From Eledone cirrhosa (taxonomy: Eukaryota), in NCBI GenBank assembly GCA_964016885.1, contig OZ024753.1, forward strand, positions 16,740,001 through 16,804,000: a stretch of 64,000 bases of DNA, given 5' to 3'. The notes beneath the pieces are model-generated. The model ran no database searches and was not told the DNA's origin. It worked only from the letters and a program-made list of their open reading frames with translations. Positions 41,401 through 55,890 of this stretch are shown in pieces. Numbering within the stretch: the stretch's first letter is position 1; the number at the start of each line of letters is the position of its first letter. The position numbers and the translations under genes are program-made.

Positions 41401-42590
41401 AGTGTTGATATAACATCTGCCAGATCTGGCCATTGGCTATGGCTTGTTCTTTTGGTGTAGTGTTGATATAACATCTGCCAGATCTGGCCATTGGCTATGG
41501 CTTGGTCTTTTGGTGTAGTGTTGATATAACATCTGCCAGATCTGGCCATTGGCTATGGCTTGTTCTTTTGGTGTAGTGTTGATATAACATCTGCCAGATC
41601 TGGCCATTGGCTATAACTTGGTCTTTTGGTGTAGTGTTGATATAACATCTGCCAGATCTGGCCATTGGCTATGGCTTGGTCTTTTGGTGTAGTGTTGATA
41701 TAACATCTGCCAGATCTGGCCATTGGCTATGGCTTGTTCTTTTGGTGTAGTGTTGATATAACATCTGCCAGATCTGGCCATTGGCTATAACTTGGTCTTT
41801 TGGTGTAGTGTTGATATAACATCTGCCAGATCTGGCCATTGGCTATGGCTTGTTCTTTTGGTGTAGTGTTGATATAACATCTGCCAGGTCTGGCCATTGG
41901 CTATAACTTGGTCTTTTGGTGTAGTGTTGATATAACATCTGCCAGATCTGGCCATTGGCTATGGCTTGTTCTTTTGGTGTAGTGTTGATATAACATCTGC
42001 CAGATCTGGCCATTGGCTATGGCTTGGTCTTTTGGTGTAGTGTTGATATAACATCTGCCAGGTCTGGCCATTGGCTATGGCTTGGTCTTTTGGTGTAGTG
42101 TTGATATAACATCTGCCAGATGTGGCCATTGGCTATGGCTTGGTCTTTTGGTGTAGTGTTGATATAACATCTGCCAGATCTGGCCATTGGCTATGGCTTG
42201 TTCTTTTGGTATAGTGTTGATATAACATCTGCCAGATCTGGCCATTGGCTATGGCTTGGTCTTTTAGTATAGTGTTGATATAACATCTGCCAGATATGGT
42301 CATTGGCTATAACTTGGTCTTTTGGTATAGTGTTGATATAACATCTGCCAGATCTGGCCATTGGCTATAACTTGGTCTTTTGGTATAGTGTTGATATAAC
42401 ATCTGCCAGATCTGGCCATTGGCTATAACTTGGTCTTTTGGTGTAGTGTTGATATAACATCTGCCAGATCTGGCCATTGGCTATGGCTTGGTCTTTTGGT
42501 GTAGTGTTGATATAACATCTGCCAGATCTGGCCATTGGCTATGGCTTGGTCTTTTGGTGTAGTGTTGATATAACATCTGCCAGATCTGGT
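38411..42590. repeat. 58-bp tandem array, ~72 copies
   Basis: Unit tggccattggctatggcttggtcttttggtgtagtgttgatataacatctgccagatc; successive starts at 38411 and 38469. Confidence 0.97.
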
Positions 42591-42968
42591 CGTTACTGCC
42601 CGGCAGCTGAGCTCATTCCATTTCAATGGCAAGTGGATAACTAATAAGAAAATTATATATATAATACAAGGATGGATGGTTACTCCTTCATTATGTTTAT
42701 TGGTTGGTGACGCACGTTTGGTTACTGATCAGTTCAAGGTTCGATATGTATCGATCTGGCCTGACTCTGGAATCAAAAGCTCATCGGACCTCTGTTGTAG
42801 TAATGACAGAATAAATATACATGGCATATAAAAACTTTAACGTTCAAATGTTGGTCAGCTTCTGTTGTTTTGATTGGTGACGTGAACCTAAACATCGAGT
42901 GCTCACCTGGGTTAACTTACAGTAACTTTGCGTTACACTCCCTGGATATATATATATATGTATATATA

Positions 42969-43614
42969 CTGGCCGAATTACCAGCGCTTTGCTGCGTTTC
43001 ACACATTTTTTTTTGTAAGAAAATGATGATTGATCCTAAATCAGTAATATAATTTATGGAGAAAATCTCTGCATTTCAATATTACTCAATGTAAAATGTA
43101 ATGCATGAAAAATTGGAAAACATTATTTTTTGTAATATATCAAATCAAAATTACATTATTAAATCTTATTCTTATTTTGTTTCGTGTAAATAATTCTTTT
43201 CAAAATATCAATTCAAAACTTGAACATTTCATTTTTGTGTAAAGCATTATTTTCAAATTAGAAAGTCAAAGTTTCAATACTCAAGTTATGGGCTTCCAAA
43301 ACTTTCACTATAGGGGGTTTAACCCTCATTAGGGTGTCTTAATATTATTGAATAGGCATCATATCTCGTCATTTAGCAATGGTTTAAATTTCATATAAAT
43401 CAAAGGGAAAACATTTTCAGCAGGAGTTTGTGCCCCCGGGGAACCCTTTGATTAAAATGAAATATACTTATCCAAGTACCCTGGGCAATGAAGTTTCAGA
43501 ATATATATGGTTATGGAGGGGGGGGGGGCGGTCTGTCTCTAAAACCATTGGAGGAGTTTGTGAACAAACAAACAAACAAACAGACAGTAACTACAACTTT
43601 ATATATATATATGA
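42969..43614 (-). mobile_element. Probable non-autonomous Helitron
   Basis: Minus strand begins TC(AT)nAAAGTTG..(GTTT)n and ends with hairpin CAGCAAAGCGCTG followed by CCAG/T. Confidence 0.5.
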
Positions 43615-45378
43615 GAGACAGAGAGCTAGTCCTGCTGTAGCTGAGATCTACGACACGAATATATCCAGCTTTGTATATACAGGTCTGCTTAGTCTAATGT
43701 ATCTTCCGGTTTTTTATTTTATTTTTTGTGTAGCCATTTTTTGTGTAGCCATTTTGAAATTCCGTGGCAACACCATCAAGCTCAGAAGATATAGTGAGGG
43801 CAACAACACTTACTATTCAGGCTTTCAGCAGACTGAAAATTGGTTGCTATCTAAAGATACATCTGTATAAAGCCTTCATCTTGCAGATTGCCATTTACAG
43901 TATTGAAACATAGACCATGTTGGCTGAAGATAGAAGACTCCAAGTCTATAAAACTGATTGAGAGACATACTGGGTGTTACAAGACAAGTTAGAATATCTG
44001 TTGAAAGGATTTAACCCTTTAGTTTCCAACCCAGCCAAGACTGACTCTGCCTCTATGAAATATAGTCACCCATTGTAAAGGTTTCCAATTTATATTAAAA
44101 TCTTCCAACATCATTTTATATAAGAACCTTACATTAAGTTACTATCTTAGTAACAAAATAATTAATAATTTTAGTAAATCCCTCGAAATCACTTCTTCTT
44201 CTTCTTTTCATCACCCACTTATTCCTGAGATGTTATCCAACCATCTTGCTCGGGATCTACCCCTGGGTATCCTACCTGTTGGCCTCTCTCATTAATTAAT
44301 TAAAATAGAGTGTATATCATTTAAAATATGGCCATGAAAGTCCTGGGGAGCATTCGATCTGGAGTTTCACTATTGTGGAAATGATTCACCAGTTTAACTT
44401 GGTTTGGTTCGGACAATGTGGACAGGTAAGGGATAGGGCACTGTACTGTAGAGAATTGTAAGGCTATTTTCCCTGCTCTAGAAGGAGATAGCCGTCAGTG
44501 TCTCCCCACTCCCTCCATAACAGTCTTCATGTTCACCATAGGTTTTGAAGCAATGTTCTACAGCCAGATGTGTTTCTTTAAATCATCTTTTACAACATGA
44601 AGGGATACAGCATACCTGCTCTAAACTAGATAATATACACAGCATAATTGGAAAAGTGTATTATGGAGAATTTGCTGGAAGAAGGAGAAAGGGAAGACCA
44701 GCAAAAAAAAAGAGGGGAGATGTCCGATAGGGCATTAGTTTTCTGTCTTGCTAATGTGGGTTCAAGCAGTACAGGACATTAAGTGTTAATGTATCTAAAT
44801 ATTCTCTCAAGTTGTGTCAATTATCTAACAAATATTTGAGGTGTATTTAATAAGTCTTTGTAAATGGTTTTTCTGCTAAAATAATTTCTATTAAATAGTT
44901 AATTTAAATACTGTATTATAGGAAAGGGTGGCGGATGGGAGGGGTTAGTACTTTCTCTAAATTCAAAACCCAGTGCATTTCAGAGTAAAAATTTGTTTTT
45001 TTCTAATTTATATTCCTTTTGAAGTAATTATGAGAAAATGCCATTTTGGTAAAGTAATTATGAGAAAATTTCTAATTTGGATAGTTGTTTTATTCTTGAA
45101 GAAATTAATTCTTCATAATTAGTCATCACGAAAATTGGTTTCTCATTATATAACCAGACATGCCTACTTCTGATTCTCACTGAATTTCGTTTGAGGATAA
45201 GTAATTTGTGGCATTTTTTTTTCCATTACCTTTTCTGGACGAATAGCTTATTTTTAAAAATAATATATATATATTTATATATAATGAACAGATCTGTTTT
45301 TTCTCCAAGAAATTGTTTTTTTGTTTTTGCGACTGCTCACTCTCCTCTATCTTTTTATTTCTTTAATTTCTTATTCTA

Positions 45379-45414
45379 TCTTCTGATGAAGGACTAACAT
45401 CTGAAACGTTAAGA
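45379..45414 (+). ncRNA. Degenerate minimal hammerhead, same family as 7930
   Basis: TCTT-CTGATGA-AGGACTAACATCT-GAAACGTT-AAGA; weakened stem II. Confidence 0.45.
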
Positions 45415-45791
45415 CTCTTTTCCTACTATATCAAGTGTAAACTAATATATTTCTTCATTGTACTGTGTCATTGGCTTTGTTATTTCTGTTTAACATTTGC
45501 ATGTGTATGTGTGTGTGTGTGTGTGTGTGTATGTATCCATGCATGTTCTTTTGTTTAAGCCTTCTTCTTCTTCACCCAATTATTTCTGGGAGGTTTGTGG
45601 GGGCAGAATCCTCAAACACTCCTTCCAGCGAGTCCTATCAGAAGCAACCATCTCCAACTTATCCGGCTGGATTCCCAAGTGAAACCAGCCAAGCTCAAGG
45701 ATGTTAACGAACCATCTTGCTTGGGGTCTACCCCTGGGTCTCCTGCCGATTGGTTTTTGCCAGTAAAATCTGTCCAGTGATTCTTTCCTTT

Positions 45792-47715
45792 GACATTCTA
45801 ACCACATGCTCATAATATCAGAGCTGTGATCTCTCAATTCGGAGAAGTATCAGCTCAACCTGGAGCAACTCTCTCATCTCTGGAGACATTCTAACCACAT
45901 GCTCATAATATCAGAGCTGTGATCTCTCAATTCGGAGAAGTAGCAGCTCAACCTGGAGCAACTCTCTGATCTCTGGAGACATTCTAACCCCATGCTCATA
46001 ATATCGGAGCTGTGATCTCTCAATTCGGAGAAGTATCAGCTCAACCTGGAGCAACTCTCTGATCTCTGGAGACATTCTAAACCCCATGCTCATAATATCG
46101 GAGCTGTGATCTCTCAATTCGGAGAAGTATCAGCTCAACCTGGAGCAACTCTCTGATCTCTGGAGACATTCTAACCCCATCCTCATAATATAAGAGCTGT
46201 GATCTCTCAATTCGGAGAAGTATCAGCTCAACCTGGAGCAACTCTCTGATCTCTGGAGACATTCTAACCACATGCTCATAATATCGGAGCTGTGATCTCT
46301 CAATTCGGAGAAGTATCAGCTCAAGCTGGAGCAACTCTCCAATCTCTGGAGACATTCTAACCACATGCTCATAATATCAGAGCTGTGATCTCTCAATTCG
46401 GAGAAGTATCAGCTCAAGCTGGAGCAACTCTCCAATCTCTGGAGACATTCTAACCACATGCTCATAATATCAGAGCTGTGATCTCTCAATTCGGAGAAGT
46501 ATCGGCTCAAGCTGGAGCAACTCTCCAATCTCTGGAGACATTCTAACCACATGCTCATAATATCAGAGCTGTGATCTCTCAATTCGGAGAAGTATCGGCT
46601 CAAGCTGGAGCAACTCTCCAATCTCTGGAGACATTCTAACCACATGCTCATAATATCAGAGCTGTGATCTCTCAATTCGGAGAAGTATCAGCTCAAGCTG
46701 GAGCAACTCTCCAATCTCTGGAGACATTCTAACCACATGCTCATAATATCAGAGCTGTGATCTCTCAATTCGGAGAAGTATCAGCTCAAGCTGGAGCAAC
46801 TCTCCAATCTCTGGAGACATTCTAACCACATGCTCATAATATCAGAGCTGTGATCTCTCAATTCAGAGAAGTATCAGCTCAAGCTGGAGCAACTCTCCAA
46901 TCTCTGGAGACATTCTAACCACATGCTCATAATATCAGAGCTGTGATCTCTCAATTCGGAGAAGTATCAGCTCAACCTGGAGCAACTCTCTTATCTCTGG
47001 AGACATTCTAACCACATGCTCATAATATCGGAGCTGTGATCTCTCAATTCGGAGAAGTATCAGCTCAACCTGGAGCAACTCTCTGATCTCTGGAGACATT
47101 CTAACCACATGCTCATAATATCGGAGCTGTGATCTCTCAATTCGGAGAAGTATCAGCTCAACCTGGAGCAACTCTCTTATCTCTGGAGACATTCTAACCC
47201 CATGCTCATAATATCGGAGCTGTGATCTCTCAATTCGGAGTGGTATCAGCTCAACCTGGAGCAACTCTCTGATCTCTGGAGACATTCTAACCACATGCTC
47301 ATAATATCGGAGCTGTGATCTCTCAATTCGGAGTAGTATCAGCTCAACCTGGAGCAACTCTCTGATCTCTGGAGACATTCTAACCACATGCTCATAATAT
47401 CGGAGCTGTGATCTCTCAATTCGGAGTAGTATCAGCTCAACCTGGAGCAACTCTCTGATCTCTGGAGACATTCTAACCACATGCTCATAATATCGGAGCT
47501 GTGATCTCTCAATTCGGAGTAGTATCAGCTCAACCTGGAGCAACTCTCTGATCTCTGGAGACATTCTAACCACATGCTCATAATATCAGAGCTGTGATCT
47601 CTCAATTCGGAGTAGTATCAGCTCAACCTGGAGCAACTCTCTGATCTCTGGAGACATTCTAACCACATGCTCATAATATCAGAGCTGTGATCTCTCAATT
47701 CGGAGAAGTAGCAGC
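45792..47715 (-). repeat. 93-bp tandem array (~20 copies) derived from RTE coding sequence
   Basis: Unit starts at 45792 and 45885; encodes VVRMSPEIRELLQVELILLRIERSQLRYYEH on the minus strand and runs into the RTE C-terminus (GRRPRGRP) at ~45560-45790. Confidence 0.93.
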
Positions 47716-48105
47716 ATTACCTGGAGCGATACTTTAATCTCTGTGTTATGATAATTTCGGAGCTGTGATCTCTTAATTCGGAGAAGTAGCAGCTCTATCT
47801 GGAGTGATACTCTGATCTTTGTGCTATGTACTCAATTGATATAATTAGCTAAAGTGTCAGTGTCAGTGTCCCAGCATGGCCACAGTCTAATGACTGAAAC
47901 CAGTAAAAAATATAAAAGCATGCATAACATACATACAGACACATGTACACACACATGCATACTCACACATACACACACATACACACGCACACACATACAC
48001 ATACAAACACACAATACCAATGAAGTAATCATTATTGGTGTCGGTGGAATATCTGATGTATATTAAACATATTTAAACACATTTCAACATGTATATACAC
48101 GTTAA

Positions 48106-48160
<55 letters not shown>

Positions 48161-48232
48161 AATATATATATATATATGTATAATATATATATGTATATAT
48201 ATATATATATATATATGTATAATATATATATG

Positions 48233-48302
<70 letters not shown>

Positions 48303-48413
48303 ATATATATATGTATATATATATATATTAATATATGTGTGTGTTTATATGTGTGTATATATATATATATATATAATTATATATATGTATGTATATATAT
48401 AATCATATATATA

Positions 48414-48471
<58 letters not shown>

Positions 48472-48705
48472 ATATGTATATATATATGTGTGTGTGTATA
48501 TGTATATATATATATGTGTGTGTGTATATGTATATATATATATATATGTGTGTGTGTATATATATATGTATGTATATATGTATATATATAATGTATATAT
48601 ATATATATGTGTGTGTATGCATATATATATAATTATATATATATGTGTATATATATGTATATATTATATATATGTATATATATATGTATATATTATTATA
48701 TATAT

Positions 48706-49205
48706 GTTACGTCCCTTTACCGTCTGAGTTCAAATCCCGCCGAGGTTAACTTTGCCTTTCATCCTTACGGGGTCGATAAAATAAAGTACCAGTAATACAC
48801 TGGTTAATTGCTGGCCTTGTGCCTAAAGTAGAAACAATTATTATATATATGTATATATGTATATATATAATTATATATATATATGTGTGTGTGTATATGT
48901 ATATATATATATGTGTGTGTATATGTATATATATATCTATATATATATATCTATATATATGTGTGTGTATATGTATATATATATAATTATATATATATAT
49001 CTATGCGTATATAATATAATTGTTTCTATTTTAGGCACAAGGCCAGCAATTACCCAGTGCATTACTGGTACTTTATTTTATCGACCCCGTAAGGATGAAA
49101 GGCAAAGTCAACCTCGGCGGGATTTGAACTCAGATCGTAAAGGGACGTAACTATGCTGGAAAGCATGGCGTCCGTCCCTCTACCGATACTGCCAATCCAC
49201 CGCCC
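48706..49205. mobile_element. Tail-to-tail pair of SINE family B copies
   Basis: 48706-48842 (+) and 49018-49205 (-). Confidence 0.8.
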
Positions 49206-49363
49206 TATATATGCGTATATAATATAATGTATATATATAATATATAATATATATGTATTCGTATATGTATATATATATATATAATTATATATATATATGT
49301 GAATATGTATATATATAACCCATGCTAATGTGGAGGAATGGACGTAAAACGGTGATGATGATG

Positions 49364-49421
<58 letters not shown>

Positions 49422-49644
49422 TTGTATGAAAATGAATCATTCCATTTTATTTGGAATTTTTACAAATATAAATGAGTTTCTAAAAATTTATAGAAAAATA
49501 ATAAAACTTTATATTAAGACATGTATTGTACAAGTTCCTGCATGATTCTAGAGTCATTTGTTCATAAAATATAGCCTTTTGATATACCTTATGTATGAAT
49601 GTACACATGTGTGTGTCTGCATATATATATATATATCATCATTT

Positions 49645-50023
49645 TCATCATCATGATTTTACGTCCACTTTTCCTTGCTTGCAAGGGTGGGGCAGGAACT
49701 GATTCTGGCTTAATTTCTACAGCTGGATGCCCTTCCTAACACCAACCTCATTTACAGTGAGTGGTGGGTGCTTTTTTTCCGTGGCGCCTACACGTCCACT
49801 TTACAGTGTGGGCTGGGTGCTTTTTTGCCATGGCACCTCCACGACTACTTTGCAGTGGAATGATAGGGACCCCAGTCCTATCATCTCATTCCTACAGCTG
49901 AGTAAACTGGAGCAATGTGAAATAAAGTGTCTTGCTCAAGGAAACAACACATCACCCGGTCCGAGAATTGAACTCACAACCTTTCGATTGCAAGGCCAAT
50001 GCTCTAACCACTAAGCCATGTGC
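49645..50023 (-). mobile_element. SINE family A
   Basis: Identity to other copies. Confidence 0.85.
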
Positions 50024-50128
<105 letters not shown>

Positions 50129-50675
50129 CATACATACACGTTATTCCGGGTTGAATCGGAGGTAACCACAGTAAGTAAGGAACTCAATACATCGCAGAGT
50201 ATAAATTAGCAGAGATTCCTGACGATTTCTAAAGAATGAAACAGTTCTAGTCCTGTAGAATCTGATCTGTCTCTCTATATATATATATTACGTAGATTGC
50301 TCTCGAGTGCAACTTGTCTCATGGTTGGATCGTCGGCGACTAAACCGGCAACCCCATCAAGCTTGCTTGGAGGGTGATATTTGGACACCCTGCAGGATGA
50401 AATACAAGACCTGTCGAAGGGCGGAGGAACTCAGCAGAGTCAACGGCCATCCAAATAGTACTTTTTTTTTTTTTCATCTGTGAGTGAAAGGCCCCCAATT
50501 GTTGTCACAACACCTTTCTTGGAGAGGGAAACTGAAAAAAAACCTGTGGCTTCGGAAGCATCCGATGATGTTGACCACCAGTTCTCCCTTTCGGGTAGTG
50601 TTTATGATCCTCAGAGAGTGGGATTTGTTGAGTGCAAGGCCTTTCCGCACTTAAAAAACCTTTAAAGCACAGGCC

Positions 50676-50724
<49 letters not shown>

Positions 50725-50728
<4 letters not shown>

Positions 50729-50763
50729 ACGTACACACATATATGTATACAGACGTACAGTAG

Positions 50764-50847
<84 letters not shown>

Positions 50848-51153
50848 CATACATGCACACATATATATATGTACGTATGGATTCACCGAACATTTATTAT
50901 AATGCTCGGTGTGTTTGTAAACAAAGATCCCGAATTAAGCCGTACAGTGTCTAGCAACCATCGTTCCTCATTTGTTCAACACTGACAAAGGAACGCTGTA
51001 CTAGTTTCAAGCTTATTAGCTATCGTCAGCAACGTATACCTTCCTGCCAGATGGTTGAACGTCTGAAAGTATATACTTTCCTCATGTTTACAAAAGCACC
51101 GAGCATTATAATAAATGTTCGGTGAATCCATATGTACATATATATATGTGTGC

Positions 51154-51210
<57 letters not shown>

Positions 51211-51257
51211 CATACATACTACTGTACGTCTGTATACATATATGTGTGTACGTATAC
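50725..51257. repeat. Long inverted repeat with ~160-bp spacer
   Basis: tatggattcaccgaacatttattataatgctcggtg / caccgagcattataataaatgttcggtgaatccata, plus mirrored outer blocks. Confidence 0.85.
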
Positions 51258-51830
51258 TTACTTATATTTAAGTAACAGCCGTACTAAGAGTGAGAAATGA
51301 AATTTCGTTTATATATATATACATGCTAGCATGGAAGAATAGACGTAAAACGGTGATGATGATGATTTACAGTGTTTACTGGGTGCTTTTTATCATGTCA
51401 CCAGCACGATCACTTTACAATGTGGACTGGGAGCCTTTTATTGTGGTACTGAATTGACCTCCTGCCAGGCTTCACTGGGTGCTTTTTGTCATGTCACCAA
51501 AACAACCACTTTACAATGTTGATCATCGTAGGATTTGGAATCCGAATGTAGATTACGATATATTCTGTTAAGTACTCTACTGACTCGGTCAATTGACTGC
51601 CTAGTGCATGTGTTATATTAAAGAGACGCTTTATTAGCAGTAATGGTTCTGAGTTCAAATCCCACCAAGGTTAGTTTTGCAATTTACCCTTACGGGAGTC
51701 GGTAAAATAAAGTACCAGTAATACACTCGGGTCAATTTAATCCACTTTCCACTTCCCCCAAAATAGTTGGCCTTGTGACTAAACCAGAAACCATTCCATT
51801 TTACTTTCAATACAGTATGAATATATACAT

Positions 51831-51917
<87 letters not shown>

Positions 51918-51991
51918 TTATATAGTTTGAATCTAGCTGTTGAAATGGCCGGGGTCCAACCGTCGGGGTCCTGAGTCTTTTGCTATATATA

Positions 51992-52180
51992 TAATTGTTT
52001 CTACTTTAGGCACAAGGCCAGCAATTATCCAGTACATTACTGGTACTTTATTTTATCGACCCCGTAAGGATGAAAGGCAAAGTCAACCTCGCCGGGATTT
52101 GAATTCAGATTGTAAAGGGACGTAACTAAGCTGGAAAGCATGGCGTCCGACCCTCTACTGATACTGCCAATCCACCGCCC
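51992..52180 (-). mobile_element. SINE family B
   Basis: Identity to other copies; decayed + copy at ~51645-51795. Confidence 0.8.
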
Positions 52181-52247
52181 TTTTGGTATATATATATAAT
52201 TGTATTTATATATATTTAGTTATGTAATAAACAACATAAGATAATTA

Positions 52248-52307
52248 TTTCATTTACCAGTGGTTTCTTGAAAGCAACCAAAATTGCTTTCATTCATCAG
52301 AATGAAA
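52248..52307 (-). ncRNA. Hammerhead ribozyme, GAAACCACTGGTA family
   Basis: TTTCATT-CTGATGA-aTGAAAGCAA..TTGCTTTCAa-GAAACCACTGGTA-AATGAAA; perfect 7-bp stem I. Confidence 0.7.
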
Positions 52308-52369
52308 AAATCCTGGTGTCTTTATTGACAGTGGATTTTTTCCTGGACCTTTCCGATGGAATTACTTCA

Positions 52370-52430
<61 letters not shown>

Positions 52431-52647
52431 CCAAAGATTAATATGGTTCATTGATTATTCAACGAATACAATTTTACAATAGATTAGAAGCACACGACAG
52501 GGGATTTTCCTGGAGTATTTTCCTGGAGTATTTGATATTATTCAAAATGTTAAGAAATGAAACATATATATATAATCTACTGTAAAACTCATTCTTTGAT
52601 ATACTCATTGAATCTTGTTTAACTCTTTAATTTATATATATATATAT

Positions 52648-52988
52648 GGAGGCACATGGCTTAGTGGTTAGAGCATTGGCCTTGCAATCGAAAGGTTGTG
52701 AGTTCAATTCTCAGACTGGGTGATGTGTTGTTTCCTTGAACAAGACACTTTATTTCACATTGCTCCAGTTTACTCAGCTGTAGAAATGAGATGATAGGGA
52801 CTGGGGTCCCTATCATTCCACTGCAAAGTGGTTGTGGGGTGCCACGACAAAAAAGCACCCAGCACTCACTGTAAATGAGGTTGGTGTTAGGAAGGGCATC
52901 CAGCTGTAGAAATCAAGCCAGAATCAGTTCCCGTCCCACCCTTGCAAGCAGGGAAAAGCGGACGTAAAATGAAATGAAATGAATGAAA

Positions 52989-52990
<2 letters not shown>
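52648..52990 (+). mobile_element. tRNA-derived CORE-type SINE (family A), full-length example
   Basis: A box TGGCTTAGTGG, B box GAGTTCAATTC, CORE-like CCTTGAACAAGACACTTT..CAGTTTACTCAGCTGTAGAAATG, RTE-type tail ggacgtaaaatgaaatg. Confidence 0.85.
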
Positions 52991-53026
<36 letters not shown>

Positions 53027-53143
53027 GGTAATATTAAATATTATCCAGTTACAAGTATGAGAGTTTCTCAATGTAAAATAACAAATATAATACAGAGCTG
53101 AAATACTTTATAGTATATATATATATATATGTGTGTGTGTTAA

Positions 53144-53176
<33 letters not shown>

Positions 53177-53361
53177 ACGAAGGAAATGTGGTAAGGAACC
53201 AGGTGGACCATAACGCACCAAAGTACTCAATACTTGGGGTAGTAGAGTGGGTAATAGGAACCAGTAAGACCCCGACAGCTGAGCTCAAGCCGTTTCGACG
53301 GCTAATTCAGAATTAGCCGTCGAAACGGCTTGAGCTCAGCTGTCGGGGTCTTACTGGTTCC

Positions 53362-53400
<39 letters not shown>

Positions 53401-53734
53401 TAAGTGTATATATATATTGTCTCTTGGTCTTTCTCTCTCTCTCTCTATATATATATATATAGAGGGAGAGAGGGAGAGACTGACTGGAGAGTGTAGCAGT
53501 GACCAGAATGGAAATGACACAAGCTTTAATAATTCGGACAAAATTAAAGGGGAGTGGGGTGGCGGTTTGAGAGGAAATACTGAAAACAAAAGAAGAAAAA
53601 TACATAAAAAAAATCTGAATATTCGGCCCACCTTCCCCACCAATATGACATGCAGACAAATCACGCACATACACACACATATATATATATATATATCATC
53701 ACACACATGCACATATATATATATATATATCATT

Positions 53735-53768
<34 letters not shown>

Positions 53769-53812
53769 CATCACACACATACACAAATATATATATATCA
53801 TTACACACACAT

Positions 53813-53882
<70 letters not shown>

Positions 53883-53883
53883 T

Positions 53884-53916
<33 letters not shown>

Positions 53917-54601
53917 TATTACACACACACACACATATATATATATATATCATCACACACACACACACATATATATATATATCATCACACACATACATAT
54001 ATATATATATATCATCACACACACATACACATATATATATATCATCACACACACATACACACATACATAGATACATACAAATATATCATCACATTCTCAC
54101 ATACACACATATATATATCATCACACACACACACATACAAATATATCATCACACACACATACATATATATCATCACATACATACATATATATCATCATAC
54201 AAATACATACATATATATATATCATTATACATACATATATATATATCATCACACACACATATATACATATATATAATCACACACACACACACATATATAA
54301 TCACACACACACACATACACATCTATATCGTCACACACACACATACATACATATACATGGGGTGTAAGGCCACATACATATAATAGAGCCCTCCACCTCC
54401 CCGCCCCTACCCTCACCACCATACCCCCCCCCCCCCCCCCTAAACTACCATTTCAGAAATATTTAGGTATTTTGATTTCATGACGATAATTATATGTTTA
54501 GGGGGTGGAAAATAGGAGGGAAGAGTGATATAAAACTACTACTACTACTACTACTACTACTCATCATCACCACCACCACCACCACCACCACCACCACTAT
54601 C

Positions 54602-54632
<31 letters not shown>

Positions 54633-55537
54633 CAACACCCACAGCACCACCACCACCTCCACTACCACCACCACCACCACAACACCCACAGCACCACCTC
54701 CACTACCACCACCACCACTACATCCCACCACTACCACCACCTCCACTACCACTTTCACCACCATCACAACACCACCACCACCACTTTCACCACCATCACA
54801 ACACCACCACCACCACCACCACCACCACTTCCATCATCACAACAACACCACCACCACCACTTCCACCATTACCACCATCACCACCACCACTTCCACCATC
54901 ACCACCATCACAACAACAACAACACCACCACCACTTCCACCATCACAACAACACCACCACCACCACCACCACCACCACCACTTCCACTATCACACCACCA
55001 CCACCACCACTTCCACCATCACAACACCACCACCACCACCACCACTTCCACCATCACAACACCACCACCACCACCGCCACCACCACCACTTCCACCATCA
55101 CAACACCACCACCACCACCACCATCTAAAATAACTCCACAACAGTTAAGGTGGTCTAAGGTGGGTCTGATACCTGTTAGAAAACAAAGGAATAAACAGGT
55201 GTATGATTGCGAATTAAGTAAACTGCTGACAAAATATATATGGTGTATATATATGTATATGACTATATATATGTGTGTATATATGTATAGGAGTGTATAT
55301 ACTCATATACATATATGAGTATATATGTATATGTGTATAGGTGTGTGTGTGATTGAGAGAAAGACGAAAAGCACCCAGTTTAACCTGCAGGGTAGTCGTA
55401 TGACAAAAAGCACCCAGTCCACCCTTTAAGGTGGTCATATATATATACATGTATACATATAATTATATATATATATATATAAAATTTGTTTTAGCTCTTA
55501 ACATGGTGGATAGCTAAGTGTAATTGTGAGTTAATAA

Positions 55538-55890
55538 TAATTGTTTCTATTTTTGGCACAAGGCCAGCAATTACCCAGTGCATTACTGGTACTTTATTTT
55601 ATCAACCCCGTAAGGATGAAAGGCAAAGTTAACCTCGGCGGAAATTGAGTTAATAATAATAATATAATAATATTATAATATTATTATTATTGAGTTTAAG
55701 GGTGGTGGATTGGCAGTATCGGTAGAGGGTCGGATGCCATGGTTTTCAGCATAGTTACGTCCCTTTATGGTCTGAGTTCAAATCCCATCAAGGTTAACTT
55801 TGCCTTTCATCCTTACAGGGTCGATAAAATAAAATACCAGTAATGCACTGGGTAATTGCTGGCCTTGTGCCAAAAGTAGAAACAATTATT
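55538..55890. mobile_element. Head-to-head pair of SINE family B copies
   Basis: 55538-55645 (-) and 55700-55890 (+). Confidence 0.8.

Noticed and set aside
38411-42590. CRISPR array
   Set aside because: Head-to-tail repeats without unique spacers, no cas genes, eukaryotic context.
43430-43870. 146-aa ORF
   Set aside because: Spans a Helitron end and a microsatellite; no domain or splice support.
50215-50262. CTGACGA...GAAAC hammerhead-like motif (relative at ~1148-1192, minus strand)
   Set aside because: No adjacent stem I pairing, and the cores are damaged in both copies; needs a consensus.
52648-52720. tRNA-Cys gene (GCA anticodon-like loop)
   Set aside because: It is the head of a multi-copy SINE; acceptor and anticodon stems pair poorly.
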